From contig NC_043007.1 of the NCBI RefSeq assembly GCF_006345805.1, forward strand, positions 2,728,001 through 2,792,000: a DNA stretch of 64,000 nucleotides, written 5' to 3'. Shown here one piece after another: positions 11,961 to 26,355 of the stretch (positions within the stretch are counted from its first letter, which is position 1; each line of letters begins with the position of its first letter). This stretch comes from Octopus sinensis (taxonomy: Eukaryota). Made by a program: the position numbers and the translations under genes. Under the pieces are notes generated by a model. The model made no database searches. It saw nothing but the letters and a program-made list of their open reading frames with translations, and was not told the DNA's origin.

Positions 11961-12724
11961 GTTATTGCTTTTGTTGTTGCTGTTTATTTTGCTGCATTAT
12001 CTGGCGACAATTTCATTACTTATATACTATAATATCCGGTAACATCATTCAATCAATTTGCTTACAGGTTACGTTTTAAGTAATAATAACTTTCGAATTT
12101 TATTGCATCATTTATCAGATTTTCAGCTGTACCTCACACATTTATATCCATTAAAATATTCAATTAGAAAAAACATATACGGTATATATTGTTTTGTTAA
12201 TGATTTCTCAAATACTTGCAATATATATTTTGTTTAATAAAACTTCACAAAGTTCTGTACAAAGAGAATCACTCCAAATACTTATCTAATTTAACTATGT
12301 GACGTGAAATGAATTCGAGACTTTTATTAGAATTGTACGTCTAATATTTGAGTTCTAAACGGAAACGAAATGGCTTGGGAAGAAACTTAACATTAATTAA
12401 TTTTCTGCTTAGATTTTGATATATTCTGTATCTTACGAAATTGTTTTTCAAACAATAGCCATTTGCATGTCATTATGAAAATGTTCACCAAGCATTTAAA
12501 AGTGATGTTAGAATTAAACAATCTATGGTGGAAAGCTGATAGATATTAAATACTGTTGACTAGCGAGAGAAACGAACACGATGTGGTTCGTATTAGTTTT
12601 ATCACACACCATGAAGTAACTAAGCAGACAATGGTAATAAAAAATCATCAAATATACGCAAATAAAAATGAATGCTTTGAATTGTATATGCACATACAGA
12701 ATAACAGTGCACCCAAATATATGC

Positions 12725-13165
12725 AAATACATACATGCATACAAACATACATACATACATACATAAATACACACATGCATACATACATACATGCATGCAT
12801 GCATACATACATACATGCATGCATACATACATACATACATGCATACATATATACATACATACATACATACATGCATGCATGCATACATACATACATACAT
12901 GCATACATACATACATACATACATACAAACATACACACATACATACATACGTACACGCATGCATACATACATACATACATGCATGAATACATACATACAT
13001 ACATACATACATACATACATACATACATACATACATACATGCATGCATGCATACACACATACATACATACTTACATACATACTTACAAACATACATACAT
13101 ACATGCATACATACATACATACAGACATACATACATACAAACATATATACATAAATACATACAAA
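12725..13165. repeat. (CATA)n/(CATG) tetranucleotide microsatellite
   Basis: Seen directly; source of the HTYI/MYVC ORFs. Confidence 0.97.
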
Positions 13166-13406
13166 CAAAAATACCTTGTTGTGAATATAGAAATCCCAAT
13201 GAAGGAACCTTGGATCAAGGTTAGAAATCAGCTCTTTCTCTATTGGCTAGAAATATTGAAATAAAACTGAACAATGATATACATAAAATATAAGGGGGAA
13301 AAGTAAAAATATGCAAGATTTTTCTCAATTGATATTCCGATGATATAACGATTTATCTTCGTTAGTAACCAGCATCTTCCCCAGAGGCAGAAACTGAATA
13401 ATTAAG

Positions 13407-13408
<2 letters not shown>

Positions 13409-13498
<90 letters not shown>
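13409..13498. repeat. (GT)n microsatellite
   Basis: Seen directly. Confidence 0.97.
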
Positions 13499-13499
<1 letters not shown>

Positions 13500-13565
13500 T
13501 GCTTCTTGCTTCAGTCATCAGACGACGGTCATGCTGAGCCACATGTGCACACCAAAATAATATAT

Positions 13566-13601
<36 letters not shown>

Positions 13602-14739
13602 CACGCACACACACAAATATGTAGCCATGTATGTATGCATGTATGTACATAGACGGTTTTACAATTCTCTGGAGATTTTATTTTTTCCGAAAGAAAGTAG
13701 TGTAGAATGAGAGAGGTTATAAAACAAAGGATGCATGTAAAACAACATGTGAAATTAGCAGAGGCTAAAGCATATTAGAAGAGGAACTGTGGGTAAAAAC
13801 ATAATGTAAATCCCCTGAGCTGTGTAAGCTACGTTAGGATAAATCTGTTAAGTATGAAAAGAATCCCTTTGACATTATGACTATTATCTGCAGAATGATG
13901 TCTTACAGTTATTATATGTATTATATAAAATGTTCCAGTAATAGTGTATGGTACTAATTAAAGTGAGTATGAGCGGGGAGGGTAGCATAAAGTAGACTTG
14001 ATAGTAAGAAACTAGATGTGAAGACAGCAGTTCGACTAATGGTTTCAGAAATTAAAAATCTGCAGCTCCGAAAGACAGGCAATATTTATGGTTGTCCACT
14101 TGTATTTCCTTCTCTGCGTTTTAATGCTTCTAAGATCATCTTGGTCACTTCCTTCACTATGATCAATAAACCTGGGAGGTAATTTAAAACATGAAATAGC
14201 ATAAAAGCAGAAGACATGTATCTGAAAATCTGTAATACATTTTATGTAGCATGTGGTGTTGGGAGAGACGATTGCGGCGGGGTGGGTGGTAAAATATAAT
14301 TTGAATTGGCCACAATCATCCGTCGTGATTTTTCTCGGTAAATCATAAAGGAAAGTATGAAAAAAACAACAACAACATTATGCGAAACAGCAGCAACAAC
14401 AATAACAAAAATAGCCAAATGTAAAGGAAAATAACAAAATCAATAATAATGCATCTACGAAAATAAAAACCAAAATAACCACAAACTATAACAACAACAG
14501 CAACAATAATACGATGAAAAAGAGAATCGTTTTCATTCGAGTGCAGCCAATAAATTATTTACGTTATTTATGTTACTTTTCAAAGAGCTGTAATGGACGC
14601 TTATTGCTCCTTTAAATAATTCTTTTGAGACGGATTACCCACCACTTCTTCGCACATCCTTGTAGATAGTTGCGTTTTAAAATGCATAACTAATATGTCT
14701 GAAGTTGTGTAGATAGATGGGATATACGTGTGTATATAT

Positions 14740-14811
14740 GTGTGCATACATGCATAAATATAAGCATAAGCATTTGAACACACACCCATTATATATGCAT
14801 ACATTTCAAAC

Positions 14812-14908
<97 letters not shown>

Positions 14909-15249
14909 CATAGATATACATTTATATATACACATATATATGTTTAAATATGCATATATATACATAAATATATATAGAAGCATACATGCATACATAAACA
15001 CACATATATATACATATATATGACAAAATGTAAGAATGCCTACAAGGACACAGTCATACACACACCTATATGTATGTCTGTGTAAGTATATCTTTATAAC
15101 GCCATATACATAGACACATACATACATACATATATATACATATATGTATGCATGTCTATATGTATATCTGAATAAAAAAACCATTACATATCCGTATGTA
15201 TATATATATATATATATATATACTTATGTATGTATACATATATAGATAA

Positions 15250-15327
<78 letters not shown>

Positions 15328-15548
15328 CTTATGTATGTATGTATAAATATATATATATATATGCATATATATATATATATATGTATATACTTATATACCA
15401 ATTTTCTCATATATATATATATATTTACATATATATTTATATACATATATATGTATATATACACCTATGTAAGAACTGAATTTTATATTCGGGTATAAAT
15501 ACAGACACACACATATGCACTTATATATACATATACATATATATGTAT

Positions 15549-15600
<52 letters not shown>
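14740..15600. repeat. Degenerate TA-rich microsatellite field
   Basis: Seen directly. Confidence 0.93.
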
Positions 15601-15604
<4 letters not shown>

Positions 15605-16702
15605 CATTATGGATAGCTACTTGTATTAGTCTTTTGGTACGTGTTTCTGTTTAGTAGACAGGAGAACCACATAACTAAATCTAAAACCAAACGTAGATCG
15701 GGCTTGATAACGGATATTTTAGTACGTATAAATTTAAGAAAAAAAATCTCTTATAGAAATTAGTATATGAAGAATTTTATAGACACTTCAAACAAATACC
15801 TCATATAGATCATGTATGTAGATTCATACCTGTACTTCCTAGTTCTTGTATGAATGTGTATTCAGGATATATACATTTTCCAAAGTATGAAGCAGACGTT
15901 TATATACGTAAGCATTCGATGATATAGGTATGATTGCATGCATTGCATATACATATAATATGTGTGTGTGTGTGTTTGTGGAGATTATGTGTTTATATAT
16001 GGAGAGCAGCCTTTTGTTTACGAATGCATAGAATACACAACTGGGCTACATTTATTTATTATTTATTCACAGATATTTTTATGGGTTTCTTGTCTTGTAG
16101 TTTTTGAACAGTTATGTTGCAAACTCCGTCGTCATCGTTTCTAATATTTCTTCGTCTCCCTGACAGGATGAAGCGATGTCGGCATGTATTAATGCCTGCT
16201 TATTGCATCCAGCGCCCAGGAGATTGTTATCAACCTAATGCCAGATGTATATTTTGGTCATTATATACCTCTCTTGCCATGAGTTATTTTTTAGCACTTG
16301 CAAATTTTGTTGCTATGAATTACCAATTGCAATGGTCATTAACAGGGTTTGTGGCATTTTTATCAATAAAATTTTCGTTCATGTTTCTTTATGATTTGTG
16401 GTAAATATTATTCCGTTGTCTTTTATGGGGCTTTTTTTCGAATGCTTTCCTCTGTTTATGGTTCCTATATATTTGTTTGATATAATACATTTTTCTGCTG
16501 TTTGCGTATTTTTGATGATTGTGATAACTGACGGTATGAAGGAATCGTAAAAGCCGTGTTTGTATATTTACTGTTCTATGAAATCGTCCACTGTAAAGGT
16601 AAGACTGGAAGCATTACGGCTTCAACTGTTACGTTGCCAATATAATTTCGTCGGTATCCAGACGCATAAGCAAGCACTTGCAAAAAGCTGCTGTAATACA
16701 TT

Positions 16703-16998
16703 GATTTGGCAGACGGAAACTGAAAGAAGCCCGTTGTATATATATATGTATAGATATATATGTGTTTGTGTGTGAGTGTGTGTGTGTTTTGTGTCTGTGT
16801 TTGTCCTTTCACCATCGCTTGACAACCGATGTAGGTCTGTTCACGTCCCTGTAACTCAGCAATTCAGCCAAAGAGACCGATAATATAAGTACTAGGGTTA
16901 CAAAGAATAAGTCCTGACGTCGATTTGTTCGACGAAAAAGGGTGCTCCAGCATAGCCGCGGTCAAATGACTTAAAAAGTAAAAGAAAAAAGAATAAAT
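16703..16998 (+). mobile_element. SINE family S1, 5'-truncated
   Basis: gatttgg.agacggaaactgaaagaagcccg + internal microsatellite + gcatagccgcggtcaaatgac tail. Confidence 0.85.
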
Positions 16999-18174
16999 GA
17001 AGATATATATATATATATATCGACAGAGCCCAAAAATTTGTTGTCCCAAGACCTTTTTAAAAAAAGATATTTTCAAACGGTGTTCGGCCAACAGGTTTTT
17101 AGGATCTGACGATACGCCATAAAGCCAAATCCTTTATAGACTTAAAAATTCTTGGGCCAAAAGGTTATTTAGGATCTGCCGATACGCCATAAAGCTAAAC
17201 CCTTTATGGATGGGAAACCTGAGGTAATCCCATAAACTGGCCTTCCCCATTTTTAATGTATACTGCTCTACATCTATGTGCCTCTTCTTTCGAATTTATG
17301 TTTTTTACAAACGATCTCCCTCCCCCTCTCCCTCCCCTCTCACTGCATTATCTACAACCATATTCATCTCTCTTCAACAAAATTCATTTTCTCTGTAGTG
17401 ATGCGTTCGGCCAAAATGGCGAAATGACGTGTTCATACTTGAAACGAAACAACATTATCACTGACATTTAACCTTATTGTCGTCGAAGTGGGATTAAGAA
17501 AAAAACTCTCAAATAAGTTCATTTTAATAATTATTTTAATAACATTACTCTTAATAAAGTGCCACAAGTTATAGAACGACCGCATTTATTTGTGTTTCCA
17601 TAGCATACTTTCAAAAGAAAAAAATTCTGTTTGCGAACTCCTAATTTTAACTATGGATTCTATCAAATACTTAAAGTGTAATATTCTTGTTATCTTTATG
17701 TACCGATGCTGTGAAATCCCTGTCGGCAACCAATTATTAATTTCCATATATGTCAGTGAATACCACTGTGTCTTCCCTGGTGTAACTTATTCTAATATCA
17801 GAGGCGGAAGAAAGTCTTCGTGAAATTATTTCTTTCTCTCATATACAATGTCCATTACGTCATAAATTCTGATATGGTTAAATTGTTAATATTGTCATTT
17901 TTTATTCCAAGCGTGCATTATTATGAACACATTTAAGGCAATACAAGATCAACAAACGCGATACTCTGTTATGGTTTTACGTTTCGATCAATGGCATGAA
18001 TTATAAAAACACAGAAAACTACCTTAATTCTAATATTTGTGCGTTTTGATAATATAGGAAGATCTCCACGTGGAAGAAAAAAAGAAATGTTTCCTTTAAT
18101 GTACCTGTACCGTGTATATAATAGCTCATATATCCATTGAGAAATTTATAACAAACAATTTCTTTTATTTGCAG

Positions 18175-18936
18175 GTCTTTGAAATCATGATTTATTGTAG
18201 CAGCGATGTATCATAAACAGTCACTACTCTGGTGAGGAACCATTAATAGTGGTGAGGACTGGATTTCTATTGAAGTTTAAATTACTAATACAGAAATATG
18301 AGGTGTTATCATTTATATTCTATGAAAATATCGTAGTGCTAAAAGCAGAAATTATACGGGTGTTAGAGACATATTTTATTACATTAAGATATTGGCAAAT
18401 ATCTGTATTACGAATTGTACATATGTACATTACAATAAAATCGATATTTACGAACACGGAATGGGCACTCTTAATGTTTTGAGGGTTGTGAAGCGGCAGA
18501 ATTGGGAAAGTGTCTGTCAAAACGTCTCGCAATATTTGGGCGTGTTCTTGTATATTTTCAGTTCAAATATGAACGAGTTCGAATTTGCCCTTCATGATTC
18601 AGCTGCCCATAAAATAAGGTGTTGATCAAGAGTCGGGGAGAGTCGCCGTATTTTTCGCCGTATTTCTGTGTTAGAAATCAATATTTTGTCGCATATGTTG
18701 TACGCAAAGTAGGAGAATATCATTTGTCTCTCAAGCAAAAGTAATTCGTTTCAGTTAGTACGTAAAGAGGGGTTTGCACTTCGTTATTAGTTTTTTTTTT
18801 CTTTTTCCATAGGATTCTTGATTCAACGAACGAAACATTTACGTGGCAATTCTATCTGTCCTATAGTAGAAGACACAATTTCCCCAAATTGCAACCTATC
18901 GTTTCACGAAAAGTAACAGAACGTGTAATGTATTAG
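18175..18936 (+). CDS. Candidate 3-exon micro-gene (18175-18231, 18562-18618, 18813-18936), ATG at 18206, 68 aa, function unknown
   Basis: Three good polypyrimidine-AG acceptors, GT donors, and phase-consistent open frame; no homology recognised. Confidence 0.3.
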
Positions 18937-19670
18937 GAGATACTTATTAGATAACTTAAGTAAAAGAATATTCAACAGGCGTCCAGCAATGATATCTTCG
19001 GCAATCCTTACTCAGCTAAAATAGCGCATTCGTAAATGCAAATAATAGTAGAACAAAGAAGGAAGCTACTGCCTTATATGGCACTCAGAAATATCGTATT
19101 TAACTCATAATCTCTTCACTATGATAAATATACATTCCCATACTAAAGAAGTGTCGTAAAGCTTTAAATAATTACAATATCAATGTTCGATGGAGTCGTT
19201 TAGATAGCATTGCATCTCAAAATTCCCAAATACAATACAGTCATAGGAGGAAAACCCACAATCTTTGCAGTTAGGATGCCCTTGCAGTAATACGATGTGC
19301 TGCCGGTAAAACAGCAGAATTAGAAAGGGGCCCCAGTGACAATATCTTCTGAGGGTAATGAAAATAAATACGTAGGTTAAAGGGATAATGTATTTAAAAC
19401 AAAATGTATTCCCACTAGCATACACACACACACACGCGCGCATACACTCACAGACACACACATTAGCTCCTTTAAAGTCGAAAATATTTTAACCACTGTT
19501 CCCTGTTGCAGTACCTCTCGTAATAGAAGTGCACAGCTATAATTAATCGCATAAACTGAAGCATAGTTGAAGCACAGCTCATACATAAGCAGACGAAAGA
19601 AATCTACTCTTGGCAATTGAGTTTAACTGTTAAAAATGAATCATGAATCCGTCCGTTAATAAAGCTGATG

Positions 19671-20124
19671 TTTACTCTTTTACTTGATTCAGTCATTTCG
19701 CTGTGGCCATGCTGGAGCAGCGCCTTTAGTCAAGAAAATCGATCCCAGGAGTTATTCTTTGTAAGCTTGGTACTTATTTTATCGGTCTCTTTTGCCGAAC
19801 CGCTAAGTTACAGGGACGTAAACACACCAGCATCGGTTGTCAAGCGATGTTGGGGGGGGGGGGGCAAACACAGACGCACAAACACATACACACACATACG
19901 TATATATACATATATATGACGGGCTTCTTTCAGTTTCCGTCTACCAAATCCACTCGCAAGGCTTTGGTCGGCTCGAGGCTATAGTAGAAGACACTTGGCC
20001 AAGCTGCCACGCAGTGGAACTGAACCCGGAACCATGTGGTTGGTAAGCAAGCTACTTAACACACAGTCACTCCTACGCCTATCACAGCCACTCCTACGCC
20101 TATCACAGCCACTCCTACGCCTAT
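19671..20124 (-). mobile_element. Full-length SINE family S1 (tRNA head + CORE-like segment), with 21-bp triplication of its 5' end
   Basis: Head on minus strand ggcgtaggagtggctgtg..ggttccgggttcagttcc; CORE-like ggcagcttggccaagtgtcttc; (gtaaaaga)n tail. Confidence 0.92.
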
Positions 20125-20649
20125 ATGAAGAAATTCTACAAGAAAATATCCATTTAGGAACCTTGTCCCCATCTCTATCACCGCTAACACATATTGTCGT
20201 CCCTAGTGTCTCTTTTAAGGGACAAGAAATCAGATAAGTACATTATAGTGATCCTCCAATATGGCGTTCTCTAGCATTCAATTACGCGCATTTCATATCC
20301 AGACGGATCCCTCATACGCACACATACAAACACATACGTGCACAATGACACCATCACGCAATCACACACACACACATCATCCAGCCTTCCGATCTCACAT
20401 CCTACTGCTACCAACTTGTTACATTCACTCACTCTCTCTCTCTCTCTCTCTCTCTCACCCAAACACACACACACACACACACACACGCACAAGCACACAC
20501 GCACTAATGTAGAAATGTGCTGTTCGCATTCGCACACATACACATGCATAAGTATCACTTCCCCACACACATGGGTTATGTTTGCATTCACCTGCTTTAA
20601 AAAAAAACCTTTGTCTATCTGTCTCCAAATTCCGGTCGGGTATTTTTTT

Positions 20650-20886
20650 TGGCCGCGTAACCGACACACGTAATTTGCTCCGGATTCTCAGTCTCTTCCT
20701 CCTTTTCCTCTTCTCTGGAAGTTTTCCCGTATCCGATGAAGACTCATGCTCGAAACGTCATTTCTGTTCCTCGTTCTCCGTCTAAATTTTCACTGAGTGT
20801 CAGCTTTATATATTCACTGTTTTCGGCCAATTGATATTTGTTGTCCTTTGCTATTCATTATTTTTTTTGTTCTTGGATTTACTCGT

Positions 20887-20890
<4 letters not shown>
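20650..20890 (+). mobile_element. Diverged family A-like hammerhead repeat
   Basis: CCGAUGA 20733-39, GAAACGUC 20752-59; 3' end resembles family A; followed by (AG)n. Confidence 0.55.
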
Positions 20891-20944
<54 letters not shown>

Positions 20945-21027
20945 GATAACTATTTAACTAGCTAAGTATATTGACGTATGCGTGCGCGCAATTCTGTGTG
21001 TATGTTTGTATTTGGGTGTGTGAGTAT

Positions 21028-21076
<49 letters not shown>

Positions 21077-21320
21077 CAGATTAGCTAAGTTTACTGAAAG
21101 CCATCCTCAGGCGATGTAAATTTGCATGAATATTATATCATAGCTGGAAGCAAACTCAAATGCTTTGTTTACAGAAGGAAGCGTCTAAGAAGTTTAATTG
21201 TCAAAGTGGGCGAAACGTAATGGAAAAAGGTTCCTCGTTGGTGTCTGGCTTTAATCGTAGTTTGATACATTATCAGCGAAATAAATACCGAAAGTTATTC
21301 ATGCAAAATATTCTTTTCCA

Positions 21321-21708
21321 CTCTATGCACAAGGCCCAAAATTTTTGGGGAGGGGACCAGTCGATTAGGTCGGTCCCAGTACGCAACTGGCACTTAATTT
21401 ATCGACCCCGAAAGGATGAAAGGCAAAGTCAACCTCGGCGGAATTTGAACTCAAAACATAAGATAGGCGAAATACCTATTTCTTTACTACCCACAAGGGG
21501 CTAAACATAGAGAGGACAAACAAGGACAGACAAACGGATTAAGACGATTATATCGACCCAAGTGCATAACTGGTACTTATTTAATCGACCACGAAAAAAT
21601 TGAAATGCAAAGTCGACCTCGGCAGAATTTGAACTCAGAACATAGGGGCAGACGAAATGTTGCTAAACATTTCCACCAGCGTGCTAACGTTTCTGCCAGC
21701 TCACCGCC
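21321..21708 (-). mobile_element. Two tandem SINE S2 copies
   Basis: gtcgacctcggc.gaatttgaactca occurs twice. Confidence 0.88.
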
Positions 21709-22694
21709 TTATTCATGGAAAATATTACATCACACATTTTCTGTATTTATATTTAAAAGATTGTTAAATTTTGTTTTAAAATGATATAATTGTCAAATAT
21801 GTATTTTTTCTTTCCAAATTTTCGAAGACTTCTCTCGCTGCATTTCAATGTTTCTAATATCTTTAATATTTGAAATAAAAATAAATACCCCAAATGCTTT
21901 TCTTGACAGGCCTCACCATTCAAAGACAAATTTCATATCTAGCAGTGGCTTCGTAATAGCACTACATATCAGTTACTTTCTATTAGCAGATTGCATGGAT
22001 GTCAACTTTATTCAATAATTGATATAGATCACCCCAAGAACTAATAATTTTGTATTCTAAGCATAGATGATGATAATATTTTTTTAAGCAGAATTGCTAA
22101 AACAGTCACAAACAGAATTACTAAAACAATCCCAAGGCTGTAATTATTTCTTTTCTAAACGTTTCCTACAAAATGATTCGTTCGGGTTAATTTGCCTCTG
22201 AAATATGTATAACGTGTGTTTAGCGATACTACGTGCTTATTCAATCGATTATGACATTTTCCTTAAATGTCTTGTCAAACGCATAGTTAATTAAAAGGAA
22301 CTCAAATGTTTTATAAGTCATGAAAATTCTTTTGCTCAAGATCCATTTTGTTTAACTGTGTGTGAGGCCAATTATTCTGGTGACTAACGCTCTGCACCAA
22401 TGCCTTAACACATCCAGTCATATTACACAGCCAATCTTTCCACTTTCTCCTTTGAAGCCAATTCAAAGAAATCGATATTATCATTAGGTCAAGTTCGTAT
22501 GACAAAGATCATTTTACATCCTATTGGGTTCATGATAGTGTTTCATTTCCTATTGAGGTGCTTCACAACTGAATTATATCTCTGCTTTAAGACGAAGTCA
22601 TGTCACAGAAAATGTTCATCAACAATATTTTGTTTGAACCTTCTCGAGCCACGCCTGGCTCATAAGAGCTGGTTTTCCGGTTTCCTTGTCGCAT

Positions 22695-22895
22695 AGATTG
22701 CCCACCTGCAGGGGGAAAGTGTGAGAGAAAGTTGTGGCGAAAGAGTCAGCAGAAGTTCGCCATTACCTTCTGCCGGATCCGCGTGGAGCTTAGGTGTTTC
22801 GCTCATAAACACACACATCGTCCGGTCTAAGATTCGAACTCGCGATTCCTCGACCGCGAGTGCGTTGCTCTAACTACTAGGCTATGTGCCTCCAC
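22695..22895 (-). mobile_element. SINE S3 variant
   Basis: Head on minus strand gtggaggcacatagcctagtagttagagc..gagttcgaatc. Confidence 0.85.
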
Positions 22896-23075
22896 ACCAA
22901 CAATATTTAGTGGCAATTAAACAATTAAAGCCCTTAACTTGGGGTATCGTAGTAAGGATTTAGGATGAATGAAAAGAGAAGAGATACAAATACGAACATT
23001 CAGGTTCATTTTACTCATGTGATATCGCATCTGATGAACAATTGCGGCGCTGTTCAAAGGTTTTAAACAGATTTA

Positions 23076-23360
23076 TTATTGGTTTGATTTCGATTTTGCA
23101 TTTGGTTTGCAAGATTCTTTATATGAGTTCGTGTGTTGAAGCATATTTTGTTGTGTCTGGAGAGAGTCATTCTCTATTAGTGTCTTATTATTATACACAC
23201 TCACCGGTAAAGTTTCCACTAGACTATTGAAAAGCAACGAAAATTTTAGGAAAAATAAATAAATGAGTGGAAACTTTACCGGTGATGGTGTTGAATTATA
23301 AGGCACTAAAAGAGAATGACCCTCCCCAGAGACAACAAAATATTGGTTTAATGCTTTTCC
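23076..23360. mobile_element. Foldback/MITE copy 1
   Basis: cactcaccggtaaagtttccact...agtggaaactttaccggtga, with long outer arms shared with the 25.3-kb copy. Confidence 0.75.
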
Positions 23361-23455
23361 GATTAGGAGAGAGAGACATTGGATTCTATATGCAGCATAC
23401 TTATCATTCTTAGAAATCTATATTGATTCCAATTCAAAACTGAATATTTGATTCA

Positions 23456-23495
<40 letters not shown>

Positions 23496-23958
23496 GAAAG
23501 AGGGAGAGAGATAGTTTGAAAAAGCAGATCACGTATGTGTTGTGTGCGGAGCGATAATCGTCAACAAAGCACCAAGCAAAACTTACTGCTTGTGTTTGCA
23601 GATGGCAAAGATATAAACTTCTGTATACTTACCGATTGAACAAGTTCCTGCCGAAGCCAAACAGGGGACCGAACATGCATACGTTTTCCCTGCACATTAA
23701 GCAAGTACATCATTATCTCAGACTTCTAAATTCCCATGTAATATTATTACACAGACTTGCGATACAGTTCACAGTTGATGTAAACTATTTTATAAGTTGT
23801 TAGGTCGCATCCATTTCATGGTCGATTTAATTATGACATGAGATATTTTATTTATTCAGTTTGTAATTAATTACAATGTAACCTGGTACTCGTATCACTA
23901 TCAGAAGAATACGTGGCACAGACATACACAATACATATATACACACTCACATGTATGC

Positions 23959-24037
<79 letters not shown>

Positions 24038-25309
24038 CATACATATATGCATGTCTATACGCACACACATATAGATGCATATATGTATATATATATATAC
24101 ATACATACATACATATATATATATGTGTGTGTGTGTGTGTTTATGCATACGCACACATATATTCATGATTATTTTAAAAATTCAATTACAATTAAAACCA
24201 GTTTGATGGGCTACTCTATACTTTGGTAGAGTACAAATGTATTAGTCTTAAACAAGAATGCTGTTAACAGTGACTTTGAAATTTTGGCCAGCTAAACCAT
24301 CGTCGTACATTGAGAATGTATCAGATATAGAACTCAATATCTGGGATAGAGTATAGATAGATAAGAATCCAGCCTGAAGCAAAAGTCAGTGTAGACTCAT
24401 AATGTTTCAATACACACACACACACACACAAAACACACACACAAACACACACAAAACACACACAAAACACACACATGTACACACGTATTTATATGAGTTT
24501 CTATATGTGTATTTAGAAGCATGTATATACGCATGTTTATTTCCATGAGAGATTTGGCAAAAACTAGCATGTCTCAATTAGACAGCCTATTCAAACTAAT
24601 GTAAACTTGTATCAATGAACGGAAACTTCGTTATCAGATAATGAGCATAATTTACTTGAAACATAGCAAAAAAGAGCGAAAACAGAAAGATGGTGAAGAG
24701 AGAAAGGGCAGAACCGAAGTATTTTAATGCAGAGAAATATAGACAAAAGAAACAAAATCATTGAATGATTACCGTTGAAGATTGTACGGTGTTTAAGCTT
24801 AGCTTTTATATAAATTGCCTGTTGCATAGACAGGAAAAGAGGTCGTTGACTTAAGAAATTTAATTATCATGACAGCGAAAAAAAATTGGCGAAAAACTTG
24901 ACAGCAGAGTTAATAGAATGTATTGAGATCCTGCAGCGTTTACTGCAGAGTAAACGTTAAACATTTCTGCTGAATTACTCCGATGCAAGTGTAAGCTCCT
25001 GATAGACAATGCTTAATTATCTATAAATTCTTGATTGTTAGTTACACAGGGGAAAAGTAAAGTAAATAAAATTGCTAGAATTTAATTTATAATGCAAAGT
25101 ATTTCATTTACAATGAATATAAACAAATATAGGACGCGTTGGTTAAATATAAAATTAAATAACCAAGTGTACAGTTCGGGATATATATATATATATATAT
25201 AAACAATTGCAGCGTGGAAGGTGTTTGTAAGCCATTTAAGAAACGCACAAAATCTTTTCGTCGCTTTAAGACCGCGACCTGTTCACTGACAAAAATCCGT
25301 GCTGCATAT

Positions 25310-25600
25310 CATGTAACACACTCACCGGTAAAATTTCCATTTATTTCTTATTTTTATTTTCCTAAAATTTTCCTTGCGTCTTGCAACCTTTTCAATAGTC
25401 TTCAGTCAAGACTTTTGAAATGATTGCAAGTCGCAACGAAAATTTTAGGAAAATGAAAAAAGTGGAAATTTTACCGGTGAGTGTGTTACATGATAAGTCA
25501 CAAAAAGAAAATGACTCTCCCCAGACACAACAGAATATGCTTCAACACACGAACTCATATACAGAATCTTGCAAACCAAATCCCAAAACGAAAAATATTC
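25310..25600. mobile_element. Foldback/MITE copy 2
   Basis: tcatgtaacacactcaccggtaaaatttcc...ggaaattttaccggtgagtgtgttacatga. Confidence 0.8.
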
Positions 25601-26153
25601 ATAGTGCACTAAAAATATTTCATATTGAGGCTGGCAGTTTGTTAGATAATATACACCTAGCTTTGAAATTGCCTCCGATTACTATGGTATTGGAGCATGA
25701 GACGTACAGCACAACACTGTAATTCCACAGTTTCTAATCTAATACACACGCACACACATACACACACACACACAAGATATGCGTTATATATTTATATAAC
25801 AAACCTACCGAGGAGAATTGAGGCGTTAGCCATTATTCGAAATCACGATCCAGGTCTATCTGTTACCTTATTCAAACGGCATTTTAACTCAGATAATGCT
25901 AAATTCAGCTCGTTTGCCGATATCTACTGGTCCATTACATATTTTCGGTGGGATTATGGGGGGGGGGTTACTTCCACTCTCTTATAAGCTGGTGCTTCGT
26001 GTACCCTCTAATATAATTAAGAATTTATATATGCGTGTCTTTGTGCGTGTGTTTGTGTCTGTGTATACATATACATCTACATATATACATGCACACGCAC
26101 ACACACACACAGACACACACAAATATATATATATATACATATATATAATATAT

Positions 26154-26355
26154 AGTTAATCCAAACATGAACAAAGAGAAAACACAACAACGCGAGGACG
26201 TGGAACAGGTATAATGTTATTGGACGCTCAGGCCTGGAAAGAAAGAAGGAATTAACGTTTCGAGCGAAGCTCTTCGTTAGAAACATAGGAAAAGGAAAGA
26301 TCCAAAGAAGGGAAGACGGAGAAAGAAAATCGCCAACGATACACACGCGGTCACA
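26154..26355 (-). mobile_element. Hammerhead repeat family A, copy 2 (core decayed to CUAACGA)
   Basis: Aligns end to end with 11298-11502. Confidence 0.8.

Noticed and set aside
12523-13264. ORFs of 130-230 aa
   Set aside because: Translations of the (CATA)n repeat
13495-13545. CUGAUGA on the minus strand
   Set aside because: No GAAA or stem III; runs into (CA)n
16090-16400. Possible exon or LINE ORF2 linker
   Set aside because: Multiple stops; resemblance too weak to call
19180-19350. RYCHWGPF resembling the ZDHHC6 N-terminus
   Set aside because: The match is limited to CHWGP; the rest does not align
21085-21230. CCUGAGGAUGGC (minus) and CGAAACGUA (plus) hammerhead half-motifs
   Set aside because: On opposite strands, and each lacks its partner half
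23030-23070. CUGAUGA with an ACA/UGU stem
   Set aside because: No GAAA
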